Shown in pieces: positions 39,810 to 50,177 of a stretch of 64,000 bases of DNA. The notes below the pieces were generated by a model. The model made no database searches. It had not been told where the DNA came from and saw only the letters and a program-made list of their open reading frames with translations. Every line of letters starts with the position of its first letter. Position 1 is the first letter of the stretch. The position numbers and the translations under genes were made by a program. Source of the DNA: Candidatus Bathyarchaeota archaeon (GTDB lineage: Archaea; Thermoproteota; Bathyarchaeia; Bathyarchaeales; Bathycorpusculaceae); contig CAVYRJ010000009.1 in NCBI GenBank assembly GCA_963770935.1, forward strand, positions 1-64,000. Reading direction: 5' to 3'.

Positions 39810-41372
39810 TTAAGCCCTAACTATTTTCTCCAGATCATAAAGATATTTAGGAACATTCTTGTTGCTCTTCAAAGTCTGCATGAACAAACCCTTGTCTTCA
39901 TAAATGGAGAGCGGATCAAGTTCGCTGGGGAAAAAACTCAATTCAGCTTCAGTCATACCGATAACCCTCTCAAGAACATCCGAAATTGAAAACATTGGCA
40001 CCACATCTGACCCGTCACCAACAGAAACGGGAAATTCTTCGATTTCAAGTTGAGGTGGCTCCTCTCCAAACTTAAAAGTCACTGGTTTATCTTTATACTT
40101 GCGGGCGGCTTTCTGCGGGTCCTGCAACGTTTCTGTCAGCCGAGTTTTCACTTCTTCCAAAGTAATATTGCCAAACGCTACACCAGGTTCTAGTATATCA
40201 ATACCCTTTTTTATCGAGCCTATTTGGAGCGTTTCATAATCCTGCAATCCCAACATATTCAACAGGTCAAAGTCCCCAAATCTAGGTCTACCTTCGATTG
40301 TGACAAGTCGAATATTTCTCTCAGTTGCTTTTATTAAACTGCGATAAGGATCTTTGTTTAGACGTTCAGTAACCAGAATATCTGCAAGGTAGTTAGCCTC
40401 AATCCTACCTAACCTATCATCCCACCTAATTGCCTTCGCAGGATTGATAATAACCATATCAACAAGTTCTTTATCGCTGAAAATTTTCCCAAGCCCTTTT
40501 TTGTTAATTAAGTCTGCAACCTTAAGTTCCCACAGCAAATTCTTACTGCCCGTTGGACTCCAATCAGGTCCAAGACAAATGAGCACTCCATTTTTCTTCG
40601 CGTAACTAACCCTCGCGGTTGAACCGTAAAGGAGCATGTTGCTAAGAGGAGACCAAACAAGTGTGACGCCTTTTTGACCAAAATCCACAAAATGTGTTTT
40701 TCTTAACGCGTTACAATGAATAGCCACAAGCTTGTCACGAAGAAGATTGTGCTTCTTCAATTCGTCAAACTCTTTCTCAAGCTCTTTGCTAATGCCTTCA
40801 GCTAAGTGATAAATGAACGCGTTGCCCTTATCCATCTTTTTCGAATAGTCTAAAAACTCATCAGGTCTGATGGGCTGAACACTCTGGAAAACTGGAGGTT
40901 CCAGAGAACCAAAAGGTTCAACCTCCACATTTCTAAGTAACCACGCTGCATAAGTTCCTTTAAACTTCGAATAGCCATCAATAGTTGTTACTCCGCCTAT
41001 GAGCGATTTAACCTCACAATACTTTACAAGCTCTACACCATTAGTTATTGCCAGAAGATTCGCAGGCGTACTTATTTCAAGCTCATATCTTTTTAGACGA
41101 GGCCACTCATATCTGTCTCTAAAAGGCTTATTGCCATCAATTTTCCAAAGTGGAAGAAAATCGAAAGGCAAATGATTATGCAAATCAATCAAACCAGGAT
41201 AAATGTACCCATCTGTTTCGATCTTAGCAACACCGTTAAAGTTTGAAGGAATGTCCTGCTCTTTAGCTGCTACCGAAACGATTTTTTTCTCATCCACGCA
41301 AACGAATCCATCATTAATGATGTCACCTGATTCGTTAAAAGTTACAATAGTTCCCTTGAGGATATACTTCAT
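39810..41372 (-). CDS. Amidohydrolase-superfamily deaminase-like protein
   Basis: PGLIDLHNH, YHLAEG, AIHC, WSPLSN, LGPDW. Confidence 0.85.
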   Translation of the reverse strand: MKYILKGTIVTFNESGDIINDGFVCVDEKKIVSVAAKEQDIPSNFNGVAKIETDGYIYPGLIDLHNHLPFDFLPLWKIDGNKPFRDRYEWPRLKRYELEISTPANLLAITNGVELVKYCEVKSLIGGVTTIDGYSKFKGTYAAWLLRNVEVEPFGSLEPPVFQSVQPIRPDEFLDYSKKMDKGNAFIYHLAEGISKELEKEFDELKKHNLLRDKLVAIHCNALRKTHFVDFGQKGVTLVWSPLSNMLLYGSTARVSYAKKNGVLICLGPDWSPTGSKNLLWELKVADLINKKGLGKIFSDKELVDMVIINPAKAIRWDDRLGRIEANYLADILVTERLNKDPYRSLIKATERNIRLVTIEGRPRFGDFDLLNMLGLQDYETLQIGSIKKGIDILEPGVAFGNITLEEVKTRLTETLQDPQKAARKYKDKPVTFKFGEEPPQLEIEEFPVSVGDGSDVVPMFSISDVLERVIGMTEAELSFFPSELDPLSIYEDKGLFMQTLKSNKNVPKYLYDLEKIVRA

Positions 41373-41537
41373 AATGGTTACTCCTCTATAATTTGTTTAA
41401 CTCACGCTTACTACATTTATGAATTGCCCAAGACCAAGGCGTTACCGCAATTATGGAAAAATTGAAATACGCCAAATAATAATAGACAAATTAGTCCTTT
41501 ATATCAATTTTTTGTAAGAGGACTCGATATCCAAAAA

Positions 41538-42365
41538 ATGGTGAAGAAATTGACAAAATTTGATCCAGGCTACTGCTCAGAACCTTTTAAAACTCTCTGT
41601 ACAAATTATCCAAACTCAGATGTATACGATCCACTCCACTTCCGCGTGGAATGGGGTCCCATTTTTCACAGAGGTCGCTTAGACGGATCAGCTAAAATCC
41701 TTGTAATAGGCCAGGACCCCGCCCAACACGAAACAATTGTTCGAAGAATCTTGGTAGGTGAAGCAGGTCGAAGAATACAGGGATTTATGGCTAAGCTTGG
41801 GATAACACGAAGTTATACCATGATAAACACATTTCTATACAGTGTTTACGGGAATCCAACTGCGAAGAGTAGGAAAAACCCTCAACTTGTTAATTACCGA
41901 AACCTATGGCTTGATGCTCTTCTTTTAGGAAAACCGGTTGAAGGCGTGGTTGCGTTAGGCGATCGCGCGGACGAGGCATGGAAGATGTGGAAAGCAACAG
42001 CAAATGGACAGTCTTTCCAGAAGGCATTTGTTAAAATTACTCATCCCACGCAGCCAGAGAGTTTTTCAAAAGGAAATCATGCAAAGCTTACGGCGGCAAC
42101 CAAAAAGATGCTGCAAAACTGGAACTCTGGACTCCAAACACTGGCGCCTTCGATAAGCAACCCAGATAAACAAACTCCGCTTGTTCTTTACGGAGATTCC
42201 TTCGCCCAAGATGAGAAGTCAGAAATTTCTGAAGAAGACTTTCCAGCTGGTTTGCCATACTGGATGAGGGAAAATGATGGATGGGCACGTAGAGTTGGCA
42301 AAACAACAATGGATAAACGTGCAAATATTACGATAACGGTGCCTAAAAAGAATCTTCCCCAATAG
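41538..42365 (+). CDS. Uracil-DNA glycosylase-superfamily protein (atypical)
   Basis: ILVIGQDPA, LVGEAG, ALG..A, ITHP. Confidence 0.75.
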   Translation: MVKKLTKFDPGYCSEPFKTLCTNYPNSDVYDPLHFRVEWGPIFHRGRLDGSAKILVIGQDPAQHETIVRRILVGEAGRRIQGFMAKLGITRSYTMINTFLYSVYGNPTAKSRKNPQLVNYRNLWLDALLLGKPVEGVVALGDRADEAWKMWKATANGQSFQKAFVKITHPTQPESFSKGNHAKLTAATKKMLQNWNSGLQTLAPSISNPDKQTPLVLYGDSFAQDEKSEISEEDFPAGLPYWMRENDGWARRVGKTTMDKRANITITVPKKNLPQ

Positions 42366-42689
42366 AATATAGAGGAAACTGGAGAATGAGACGAAGGCTA
42401 CTGCAGGATATTAAGTTTCAATATAAGCTCTTTTCTTTATTCTGATTTCGCCTTGATTTCTTTGCTAGCTTTCTTCCAGCCTGCCGAATTTCCAACCCCA
42501 TAGTGATTGATACAAAAGAATAGACATTTTCGGGACCTTTGCCATTTAACACATCAAATCTTAGCTTTAAACCAGAAAGTAATGAGCGTTAAAGCACAAA
42601 TCAAATATTTAGGTGCCAACAAATCTACAATATAGCTCTGCATTAGAGGTAAGCTAAAGAAACGCTTAACTGTTAAAGCTTAGATATTA

Positions 42690-43313
42690 ATGGGTTTAGA
42701 GGAGAAAAAAATGCCATTCAACTTATTCCGCAAAAAGAAACAATCAGAACAAGAAAAACCAACCGTCCCTCCTCAAGAAGAACACAAACAACAAGCACCC
42801 GTTTCAATTCTAAAAGAACCGCAACAGGAACCGGAAGCGCCAGTTCAGGAAACAACGGAAGAACCAGCCGTTGCTACTCAGGAGCAACCACAACAAACCT
42901 CTGCAATCGTCCAAGGACAACTACAAGAAACCTTTTCCCCCACAGTTGAAGAAAAACAAGAATCAATTGTTACACCGCCTGAAGAACAAAAACCCCTAGT
43001 TACAGAACCCCCAAACAAAACCTACCTGAAAGCAATGCCTCTCCGCGAACTATCCGACCTTGAAAACATAAAAAACGAAGTCAAAAATGGAAATATCATA
43101 ATTTTACGGGTAACGCCTCTTGCTGGCAAAAGCATAGAAGATGTTAAAACCGCAGTTAATGACCTCTTTCAGTTCGCAGATTCGATAAGCGGCGACATTG
43201 CGCGCCTAGGCGAAGAACGCGTTGTTTTAACTCCAAAAACAGTAAGGATTTGGAGAGAAAAATCGCCCGCGCCAGTTTCTAGTTCCAGTCAGCCTTTGCC
43301 TACAGCAGCCTAA
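42690..43313 (+). CDS. sepF: SepF-like cell division protein with a long disordered N-terminus
   Basis: C-terminal ..EVKNGNIIILRVTPL...GDIARLGEERVVLTP. Confidence 0.75.
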   Translation: MGLEEKKMPFNLFRKKKQSEQEKPTVPPQEEHKQQAPVSILKEPQQEPEAPVQETTEEPAVATQEQPQQTSAIVQGQLQETFSPTVEEKQESIVTPPEEQKPLVTEPPNKTYLKAMPLRELSDLENIKNEVKNGNIIILRVTPLAGKSIEDVKTAVNDLFQFADSISGDIARLGEERVVLTPKTVRIWREKSPAPVSSSSQPLPTAA

Positions 43314-43340
43314 TTATCTTTGATTTTGCTGTTCTTTTCA

Positions 43341-45266
43341 TCACAGCAACCTATAGGTTTCCAGTATAGCAGGAACAATTGTATTTATGCCTGCTTTATT
43401 ATCCATGAAGTTAGCAAATGTCATGGTTTTTTGCTTTTCGCCGTGTACAACAAAGATGCGTTCAGGCTTAGGTGTTAGGTGAGTCAAGTAATTAACCAGT
43501 TGGCGCCTGTCAGAGTGACCTGAAAAGCCCTCAATCGATTCTACCTTCATCTTAACTGACAATGCTGCCATCTTGCCCTCGTTGTCCATCATTGTTACTT
43601 CGCCCACGCCTTTTTGAACACGTTTACCCATGGTGCCTTCAATCTGGTAGCTAACGAAGATGATTGTGTTCTTGTCGTCGTTTGCCCAGCTCTTGAAGTA
43701 CTCGATTACTGGTCCACCTTCAAGCATACCGGAAGTTGCTAAAACAATGCATGGCTCGCCTTCAATTATGCTTTGACGTACGCTGGGGTGCTCAACAATT
43801 GTGAAGTAGTCCGATTGGAACGGATTGACTTCTTCGTGGAGGATGTCGTGGCGGACTTCTCTGCCGAGGTATTCTGGGTAAGCGGTGTGGATGGCTGTGG
43901 CTTCACTTATCATTCCTTCGATGAAAACGGGGGCTTCCTTCATTAAACCACGTTTCATGTAGCCGTTAATTATAAGCATGATTTCTTGGGCTCTGCCGAC
44001 TGCGGGGACTGGAATTAGGACTTTGCCCTTGCGTTCCAAGGTTTGATTGATGACTTTTGCCATTGCGTCTTCTGCTTCAACACGGGAAGGCATAAAGTCT
44101 TCTGTGCCACCATATGTGCTTTCAGTAATCACGGTTTCTATACGTGGAAACTCAGTTGCCGCAGCTTCCAAAAGCATTGTTCTAGCGAACTTGTAGTCAC
44201 TGGTGTAAACGATATTGTGTAAGCCTTCGCCTATATGTAGATGAACCATTGCGCCGCCCAAGATGTGGCCTGAATTATGCAGTGTCAAACGGATGTCCGG
44301 GGCAATGTCAGTGACCACACCATACCGCAAAGGAATCGTGTGCAAGACGCATTCGCGCACATCCTTCTGGTCATAAAACGGAGTGACACCTTGCTTGCTG
44401 GCAACATCCAAATAATCGAGCTGAAGCATAGTCATCAAGTTTGATGTGGGCGCAGTACAGTAAACTGGACCATCATAACCATACTTGAAGAGGAACGGCG
44501 TTAAACCGCAGTGGTCAAGGTGAGCATGGCTGATGACTACTGCATCAAGGGAATCAATCTGGAACTCCGGTGAGTCAAAGCGTGGAAACGACTCAAACGG
44601 GCGGTTTGACCCCGGATTAATGCCGCAATCTAACAAAACGCTGCTTTCACGGGTTTTTATCAGGAATGCGCTGCGACCGACTTCTTGAGCGCCGCCTAAA
44701 ACTGTCATGCGTATGTCGCCAACATCGTAGGTTTTAGGTCTAAAGATGCGTTCACCAACAGTGCGCAAAATACGTTCGCGCTCTTTGCTCTCCGAGTGTA
44801 AGTAATGGCGCATGTGGGTAACAATCTTGGATTTAATCGGCGGACTACGAAGCACGTGAGGGCGCCACTTTGTTTTCTTTATAATTTCCTGCAAAACCGC
44901 GCCGTTTCTGCCGATAACTAAGCCCGGCTTTTTGGTTTCGATGATGATTTCGCCAAGGCTTGGGTCAAAATTAATGTCCGTTACTTCTGCTTCCGCAGGA
45001 ATAAGTTCACGAGCGATTTTTTCTGCTTCCACCTCGGGAATACGCACGGATGGGTCAGGTCGGATAACTATTCTTTTCCGGATAACACCAACGATTTCCG
45101 CTACAATGCTGCTTTGGTCAACTAAGATTTCCGGTTTTTTGGTATAAACCGCAAGCATGGGACCTTCGTATTCAATCCTAGTAACCTCTGCTTCTCGCGG
45201 AACTTTTTGAAGAATATATTGGCTAATTTCTATTTTGTCTTTGTCTTTATCTTGGGTTCGAGCCAA
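43341..45266 (-). CDS. fttA: beta-CASP ribonuclease aCPSF1 (FttA)
   Basis: KH domains, GGAQEVGRS, SHAHLDH, GHILG, GFSGHSD, VHGE. Confidence 0.95.
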   Translation of the reverse strand: MARTQDKDKDKIEISQYILQKVPREAEVTRIEYEGPMLAVYTKKPEILVDQSSIVAEIVGVIRKRIVIRPDPSVRIPEVEAEKIARELIPAEAEVTDINFDPSLGEIIIETKKPGLVIGRNGAVLQEIIKKTKWRPHVLRSPPIKSKIVTHMRHYLHSESKERERILRTVGERIFRPKTYDVGDIRMTVLGGAQEVGRSAFLIKTRESSVLLDCGINPGSNRPFESFPRFDSPEFQIDSLDAVVISHAHLDHCGLTPFLFKYGYDGPVYCTAPTSNLMTMLQLDYLDVASKQGVTPFYDQKDVRECVLHTIPLRYGVVTDIAPDIRLTLHNSGHILGGAMVHLHIGEGLHNIVYTSDYKFARTMLLEAAATEFPRIETVITESTYGGTEDFMPSRVEAEDAMAKVINQTLERKGKVLIPVPAVGRAQEIMLIINGYMKRGLMKEAPVFIEGMISEATAIHTAYPEYLGREVRHDILHEEVNPFQSDYFTIVEHPSVRQSIIEGEPCIVLATSGMLEGGPVIEYFKSWANDDKNTIIFVSYQIEGTMGKRVQKGVGEVTMMDNEGKMAALSVKMKVESIEGFSGHSDRRQLVNYLTHLTPKPERIFVVHGEKQKTMTFANFMDNKAGINTIVPAILETYRLL

Positions 45267-45272
45267 TGTAAT

Positions 45273-45917
45273 TTAACTTCCTACTTTGAGAAGTTTGTTT
45301 TTCTCCTCATCGGATAATTCTTTGTAACCATACTGATCGATTACGATGATGTTGTAGTTGTTGCCGCTTGCCACGTCACGCTTCATGGCCGCGTTAACGG
45401 CTTTTGCGATAGTAGGTAAAACCTCATCAATGGTCAAGCCTTCACGGTACTTGTCCTCTAATATACCGTAAGCGACTGGCGAACCGGAGCCTGTGGCAAC
45501 AGATTTTTCCTCAGTTAAGCTCCCATAGGGATCCAAATTGAAAACGTGGGGGCCAGTATCATCTATGCCGCCAACCAATACCTGAGTTGAGAGGGGCACA
45601 TACCTTGCTGAAAACAGCAGGTTTGCGACTAGTCTTGCCGCTGAGCTTATAGGCATTGGACGGTTCATGTTAATCTTGTAGAGGTGCGCGTTTGCCGTCA
45701 GGATATCGACAACTTTCTGCGCGTCGGCGACTGTTCCAGCGATGGTCATACCCATGTGGTCGTCGATTTTATAGACTTTTTTGCCGAATTTATGCGCAAC
45801 GTAGTAGCCCATAGTTACTCGAGTGTCTGAAGCTAAGATTACGCCATCTTTGCAGACGACGCCAATCGTGGTTGTACCTTTTAGTACTAACTGGCTAGTT
45901 GTATTGTTTTGTGACAT
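45273..45917 (-). CDS. psmB: Proteasome subunit beta
   Basis: Propeptide, then KG/TTTIG, ATGSGS, KRDVASG; start taken at MSQNN. Confidence 0.95.
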   Translation of the reverse strand: MSQNNTTSQLVLKGTTTIGVVCKDGVILASDTRVTMGYYVAHKFGKKVYKIDDHMGMTIAGTVADAQKVVDILTANAHLYKINMNRPMPISSAARLVANLLFSARYVPLSTQVLVGGIDDTGPHVFNLDPYGSLTEEKSVATGSGSPVAYGILEDKYREGLTIDEVLPTIAKAVNAAMKRDVASGNNYNIIVIDQYGYKELSDEEKNKLLKVGS

Positions 45918-46090
45918 AGTTTGGTGCTCCCTAAAACTCTGTTTATCGGAATGCCATCCAATAGGAAGTAGCATCATGTAATCGTTCCGTGGGATTTATT
46001 AATATTTCGCCCAACCTCCCGAATCCAACGTGTTAGTTTGGAAGGGCGTTTCCTAAACATTTTTATGTTCGCTTGAAGGTTTCAATGCAA

Positions 46091-46160
46091 TTGGCGGGTG
46101 AGTGGATTCTCCTACCCGTTCCGCCAAGAGAAAAATAAAACCCGGGAGTAGGGAGAAAAA
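46091..46160 (+). promoter_or_regulatory. Structured 5' leader of queT-queC (candidate riboswitch)
   Basis: TTGGCGG/CCGCCAA stem, loop TTCTCCTACCCG complementary to the RBS region CGGGAGTAGGGAGAA, A-rich linker; TATA-like TTTTTATG about 25 nt upstream. Confidence 0.55.
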
Positions 46161-46164
46161 TCGC

Positions 46165-46692
46165 TTGAAAATACGTACAAAAGATTTAGCTTTAATCTCG
46201 ATCTATGCTGCACTCTATGCAGCACTTGTAGTTGTTCTTGGAGGATTCTCTTATGGACCCGTTCAGGTCCGCATCGCAGATTCGATGCTTGCGGCGGTCC
46301 CCCTGCTTGGTATAGCAGGAGTTTTGGGGCATACGCTTGGAGTATTCGTTGCTAACATATTCTCGCCACTTGGTCCAATTGACCTACTTAACACTGTACC
46401 TTCATTTGCCATGTCTTTTGTTGTGTACTATGTTTACAAATGGACAAGAAATGACTATACCGTTATCGGAACATGCCTAGCTTACTCTGCTGTCTTAGGA
46501 GTAACCGTTGGATCGATGTTATCTTATGTTTTATCACTGCCACTGCTTCCCACCATAGCGTATGTAGCCATTGGAAATGTTATTGCTAGTGTGCTAATCG
46601 GATGGACGCTGTTTAAGGTATTAAAGAAAATCGGGTTGTTCCGAAGGTGGTTTCCAGAAAGAGATAACAGAACCTATGAAGCACAAAATTAG
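46165..46692 (+). CDS. queT: QueT-family 7-deazaguanine precursor transporter (TTG start)
   Basis: AALYAAL...SYGPVQVRIAD...G.FVANIFSPLGPID. Confidence 0.85.
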   Translation: MKIRTKDLALISIYAALYAALVVVLGGFSYGPVQVRIADSMLAAVPLLGIAGVLGHTLGVFVANIFSPLGPIDLLNTVPSFAMSFVVYYVYKWTRNDYTVIGTCLAYSAVLGVTVGSMLSYVLSLPLLPTIAYVAIGNVIASVLIGWTLFKVLKKIGLFRRWFPERDNRTYEAQN

Positions 46693-46715
46693 AGATTTGA
46701 AGGAGAAGTGCATAG

Positions 46716-47372
46716 ATGAAACAGAACAAAAAATGCGTCATCGTTCTTAGTGGTGGACCAGACTCCGCCACGGTTGCCTACTGGGCAAAGGCGCAGGGTT
46801 ACCAAATCTACCCCATAACGTTCAACTATGGACAAATCGCCCTCAAAGAAACAGAATCCGCAAGAAAAATCTCTGAAAAACTCGGCACAACCACCAAAAT
46901 CATTGACCTCTCAGCACTTAAAGAAATCTTTATCAGTGTAACTTCGCTCTGTAACATCGACATTCCGTTAACCACTGAGTTTAGTGCCCCAATCATTGTG
47001 CCGTTTCGCAACGCCATATTCCTTTCAGCAGCAGTTGCTTACGCCGTCGCAGTTGGTGCTAACATGATCTTTTATGGTGCCCAAGGCTCAGATGAACCTT
47101 TTTACCCTGATTGCCGACGAGAATTTTATGAAGCGTTCGAGAAAGCTGCAAAACTGGGCACATGCCAAGAAATTACCATCCAAGCACCCTTCAGCGGCAA
47201 ACGCAAATCAGACCTGTTCAAAGCAGGCGCAGAGTTAAGGGTGCCTTTCGAACTCACATGGTCCTGTTACTTAGATAGAGCAAAACACTGCGGTAAATGC
47301 GAATCCTGTAATAACCGAAAAAAAGCCTTCCAAGAAGCAGGAGTAGCAGACCCAACGAAATATGAAAACTAA
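46716..47372 (+). CDS. queC: 7-cyano-7-deazaguanine synthase
   Basis: SGGPDS, VPFRNAIFL, YPDCR, TWSCY...CGKCESC. Confidence 0.95.
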   Translation: MKQNKKCVIVLSGGPDSATVAYWAKAQGYQIYPITFNYGQIALKETESARKISEKLGTTTKIIDLSALKEIFISVTSLCNIDIPLTTEFSAPIIVPFRNAIFLSAAVAYAVAVGANMIFYGAQGSDEPFYPDCRREFYEAFEKAAKLGTCQEITIQAPFSGKRKSDLFKAGAELRVPFELTWSCYLDRAKHCGKCESCNNRKKAFQEAGVADPTKYEN

Positions 47373-47907
47373 TCAGTCAACAACGCCAGAGAAGATGCTG
47401 ATGATGCTGCAACAGCATTTTGCACAACTGTTGCATCTTTCAGATCAACTACGTTTTACCATGCATTAAATCTTCAACTTCCATGGCTGCCCAAAACTAA
47501 CCAAGGACCAAAATTTTTCAACAATGTTGCCTTAGGCATATTTGTATCCGAGAGGTGTGCATAATTTTGTATCATCTATTTTTCTTCTGTAACTTTGCCT
47601 GAAAACCTTGTTCAATTAGTGGCCACTAGAACAAACCGCCTTTTCCTGACTTTCTGTGACTATTACAGACTACTGTAGACTATTACAGACTCAACCTGCA
47701 GACGCCACAAACCCCAAATCAAAAAAACAACCCGAAAAAAGCTCTGCCAAATCGCAAATTCAACTGTTTTTCTTCTACAATTGAGCAAAAATCTGCATTG
47801 GCAGAAAATACCGCTAAAAACATGCTGGAAACTGGTAACTAAAAGCTAAGCGGCAAAAACCATTATTAGTCAACAAGGTTATTTCCTAGTTTAGGAAGCG
47901 ACGAAAA

Positions 47908-48459
47908 ATGGATGTTTTTGAAGCCATACAAGAGCGCCGTTCTATCCGCAGCTACCAAGACACATCTGTTCCTAGAGAACTGATGGAGAAGATTCTAGAG
48001 GCTGGGCGGTTAGCGCCTTCAGCTAAAAACTGTGAGCCGTGGCACTTCATAGCCGTCACGGAGACGGCGAAGAGAAAAGCGTTGTCCGGGGGCACATGGG
48101 CAAAATTCCTAATTCAATCCCCACTTGTGATTGTTGCATGTGGGGACAAGAAAGCTTCTCCTGAATGGTACGCCATCGACGTCGCATTGGCTGTAGAGAA
48201 CATGATTTTAACCGCAGTAAGCTTGGGCTTAGGAACCTGCTGCGTAGGAAGCTTTAACGAAAAAAATATCAAAGCAACCCTGAAAATCCCCGAAAAATTC
48301 GAAGTCCTGGTCATGATAGCCGTCGGCTACCCAGGCAACCACATAGATTTATCAAACAAACTCTTAAACATCGTGCGGACTAGAAAATCTCTCAGTGAAG
48401 TCGCCAGTGAAGAAGAGTTCGGGAAACATTTAATCCCTAAGAAAATCGAAGAGCTCTAA
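47908..48459 (+). CDS. Nitroreductase family protein
   Basis: RRSIRSY, APSAKN.EPWHF, LGLGTCCVG, VGYP. Confidence 0.92.
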   Translation: MDVFEAIQERRSIRSYQDTSVPRELMEKILEAGRLAPSAKNCEPWHFIAVTETAKRKALSGGTWAKFLIQSPLVIVACGDKKASPEWYAIDVALAVENMILTAVSLGLGTCCVGSFNEKNIKATLKIPEKFEVLVMIAVGYPGNHIDLSNKLLNIVRTRKSLSEVASEEEFGKHLIPKKIEEL

Positions 48460-49535
48460 ACTAAAGTTCTCTGCTTCTCCCCAGAGACCAAACTAGAAAC
48501 CCTCACGCCAATAAGCCTGACTTTTCTGTCTTTGCGCAGATTAATAAACAATAACTCGTTTGCGGTTTTTTGCAAGTCGCGGAGTCGGTTCGTTAAGAAG
48601 GGAAGGGTTTTGCTTCTTGTATGAGTTTCAAAGCCTTGGTATCGAATCTTAACGGTTACAGTTTTAAAAAGTAAGTGCTGTTTGACGGTTTCCTTCAATA
48701 CGTCCTCACAGAGGGTCTCCAATGCTTGAAAAATTATTGTGGAATCTAAAATATCCTCTTCGAATGTGGTTTCGTGACTTATGCTTTTAACACCTTCACG
48801 TTCCTCTACTTCGCTGCGGTCAATGCCCTTGGCCATAAGGTGCATCTGCAAACCCACAACCCCAAACATAGAACTTAAAACTGACGGGTCGTAGCGCGCA
48901 AGGTCACCGATGGTGTTTACCCCTAATTCCTTGAGTTTGGCTTCGGTTTTGCGCCCAACCCAAAGAAGCTTGCGTACCGGCAGGGGATCAAGGAATTTTT
49001 CGACTTCTTCTTTGACGATGGTTAAACCGTCGGGTTTCTGGATGTCGCTAGCAACTTTGGCAACGAGCTTGTTGGGTCCCACACCGATGGATGCAGTTAA
49101 TCCCTCTTTTTCTTTAATCTCCTTTTTAATCCGACGCGCTAGCTCCTCAGCTTCAGCCCAACTCCCAACCTTGTCTGTGACATCCAAAAAAGCTTCATCA
49201 ATCCCCCATTGCTCAAACTTACCAGCGTACCTACGCGCCACCGCCATAATTTCGCCTGAAACCCGAATATAGAGCGGAAAATTCGGCGCCAAATAAACCG
49301 CCCTTGGACAAAGCCTCCAAGCCATAGAAATCGGCATTCCAGAGCGAACACCTGATTTTCTTGCTTCATAATTACTCGTGCTAACTACACCTCTACCCTT
49401 GCCACCTTTAGGGTCAGCGCCAACAATAACGGGCGCGCCTTTAATTTCAGGGCGTTCCCGCTCCTCAACTGCCGTGTAAAAGTGATCCATATCTAAATGG
49501 AATATTATCCTCTTTTTATCACTCATGCGCTTCAA
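48456..49535 (-). CDS. dinB: Y-family DNA polymerase IV
   Basis: HLDMDHFY, SNYEAR..GVRSGM, IDEAFLD, NKLVAKVAS...KPDG. Confidence 0.93.
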   Translation of the reverse strand: MKRMSDKKRIIFHLDMDHFYTAVEERERPEIKGAPVIVGADPKGGKGRGVVSTSNYEARKSGVRSGMPISMAWRLCPRAVYLAPNFPLYIRVSGEIMAVARRYAGKFEQWGIDEAFLDVTDKVGSWAEAEELARRIKKEIKEKEGLTASIGVGPNKLVAKVASDIQKPDGLTIVKEEVEKFLDPLPVRKLLWVGRKTEAKLKELGVNTIGDLARYDPSVLSSMFGVVGLQMHLMAKGIDRSEVEEREGVKSISHETTFEEDILDSTIIFQALETLCEDVLKETVKQHLLFKTVTVKIRYQGFETHTRSKTLPFLTNRLRDLQKTANELLFINLRKDRKVRLIGVRVSSLVSGEKQRTLV

Positions 49536-49689
49536 GGATGTTTGAGTCGTTTAATAATTTGAATTTATTGACGAAATAGTCGCTCAAACACCTTTATTTG
49601 TGTGTAAAAATCTAATCCGACACATTCAGTGCAGTTATAGCAAACTTTACATTGATGTTTCTTCTTAGTTTTTAGGCAGGTGAATCCAA

Positions 49690-49917
49690 TTGGTTGTCCC
49701 TTTCTACATGCTTATTAGAACCAGGATAGGTGAATCCAAATTTGTTGTTCATGAGACACTTAAAATAGAAGGCGTAAAAGTGTCCCATTCTGTCATGGGC
49801 AACTATGACGTTATACTGTACGCAGAAGGAAAAGACCTTGACGATGTAAGACGCATCCGAGATACTGTGTTTAACATCAGTGGCATAACAATAACTGAAA
49901 CAGTAGTTCACGCATGA
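49690..49917 (+). CDS. Stand-alone Lrp/AsnC ligand-binding domain
   Basis: IEGVK..HSVMGNYDVI...ISGIT.TET. Confidence 0.8.
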   Translation: MVVPFYMLIRTRIGESKFVVHETLKIEGVKVSHSVMGNYDVILYAEGKDLDDVRRIRDTVFNISGITITETVVHA

Positions 49918-50039
49918 TTTTTTTAATTTAACTTTAATCCAGATTTTAGGCCTAATTCAATATTGCAGACTGATGGGTGTTACTCAGTTGTGTGGCGAAA
50001 ATAAAATAATGCTTGAGAGAAAAACGAAAAGTAAGGTTG

Positions 50040-50177
50040 TTAGACTTTTCTTCTTCGTTTCTTTGGTTCTCTAATGAAGGCTTCCTCAACAACTTGCTCA
50101 ACAATATCTAAATCTGAAAAATTAGTAGCAGTCGGGAACTCTAAAGTGCAGCTTTCGAACTTTTGATTACTCTTCAT
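50040..50177 (-). CDS. 45-aa hypothetical microprotein
   Basis: MKSNQKFESC...KKRRRKV with a TTTATA box upstream. Confidence 0.35.
   Translation of the reverse strand: MKSNQKFESCTLEFPTATNFSDLDIVEQVVEEAFIREPKKRRRKV

Noticed and set aside
46102-46164. N-terminal extension of QueT given by the ORF track
   Set aside because: Basic, non-homologous-looking peptide overlapping the structured leader; TTG 46165 follows a good RBS
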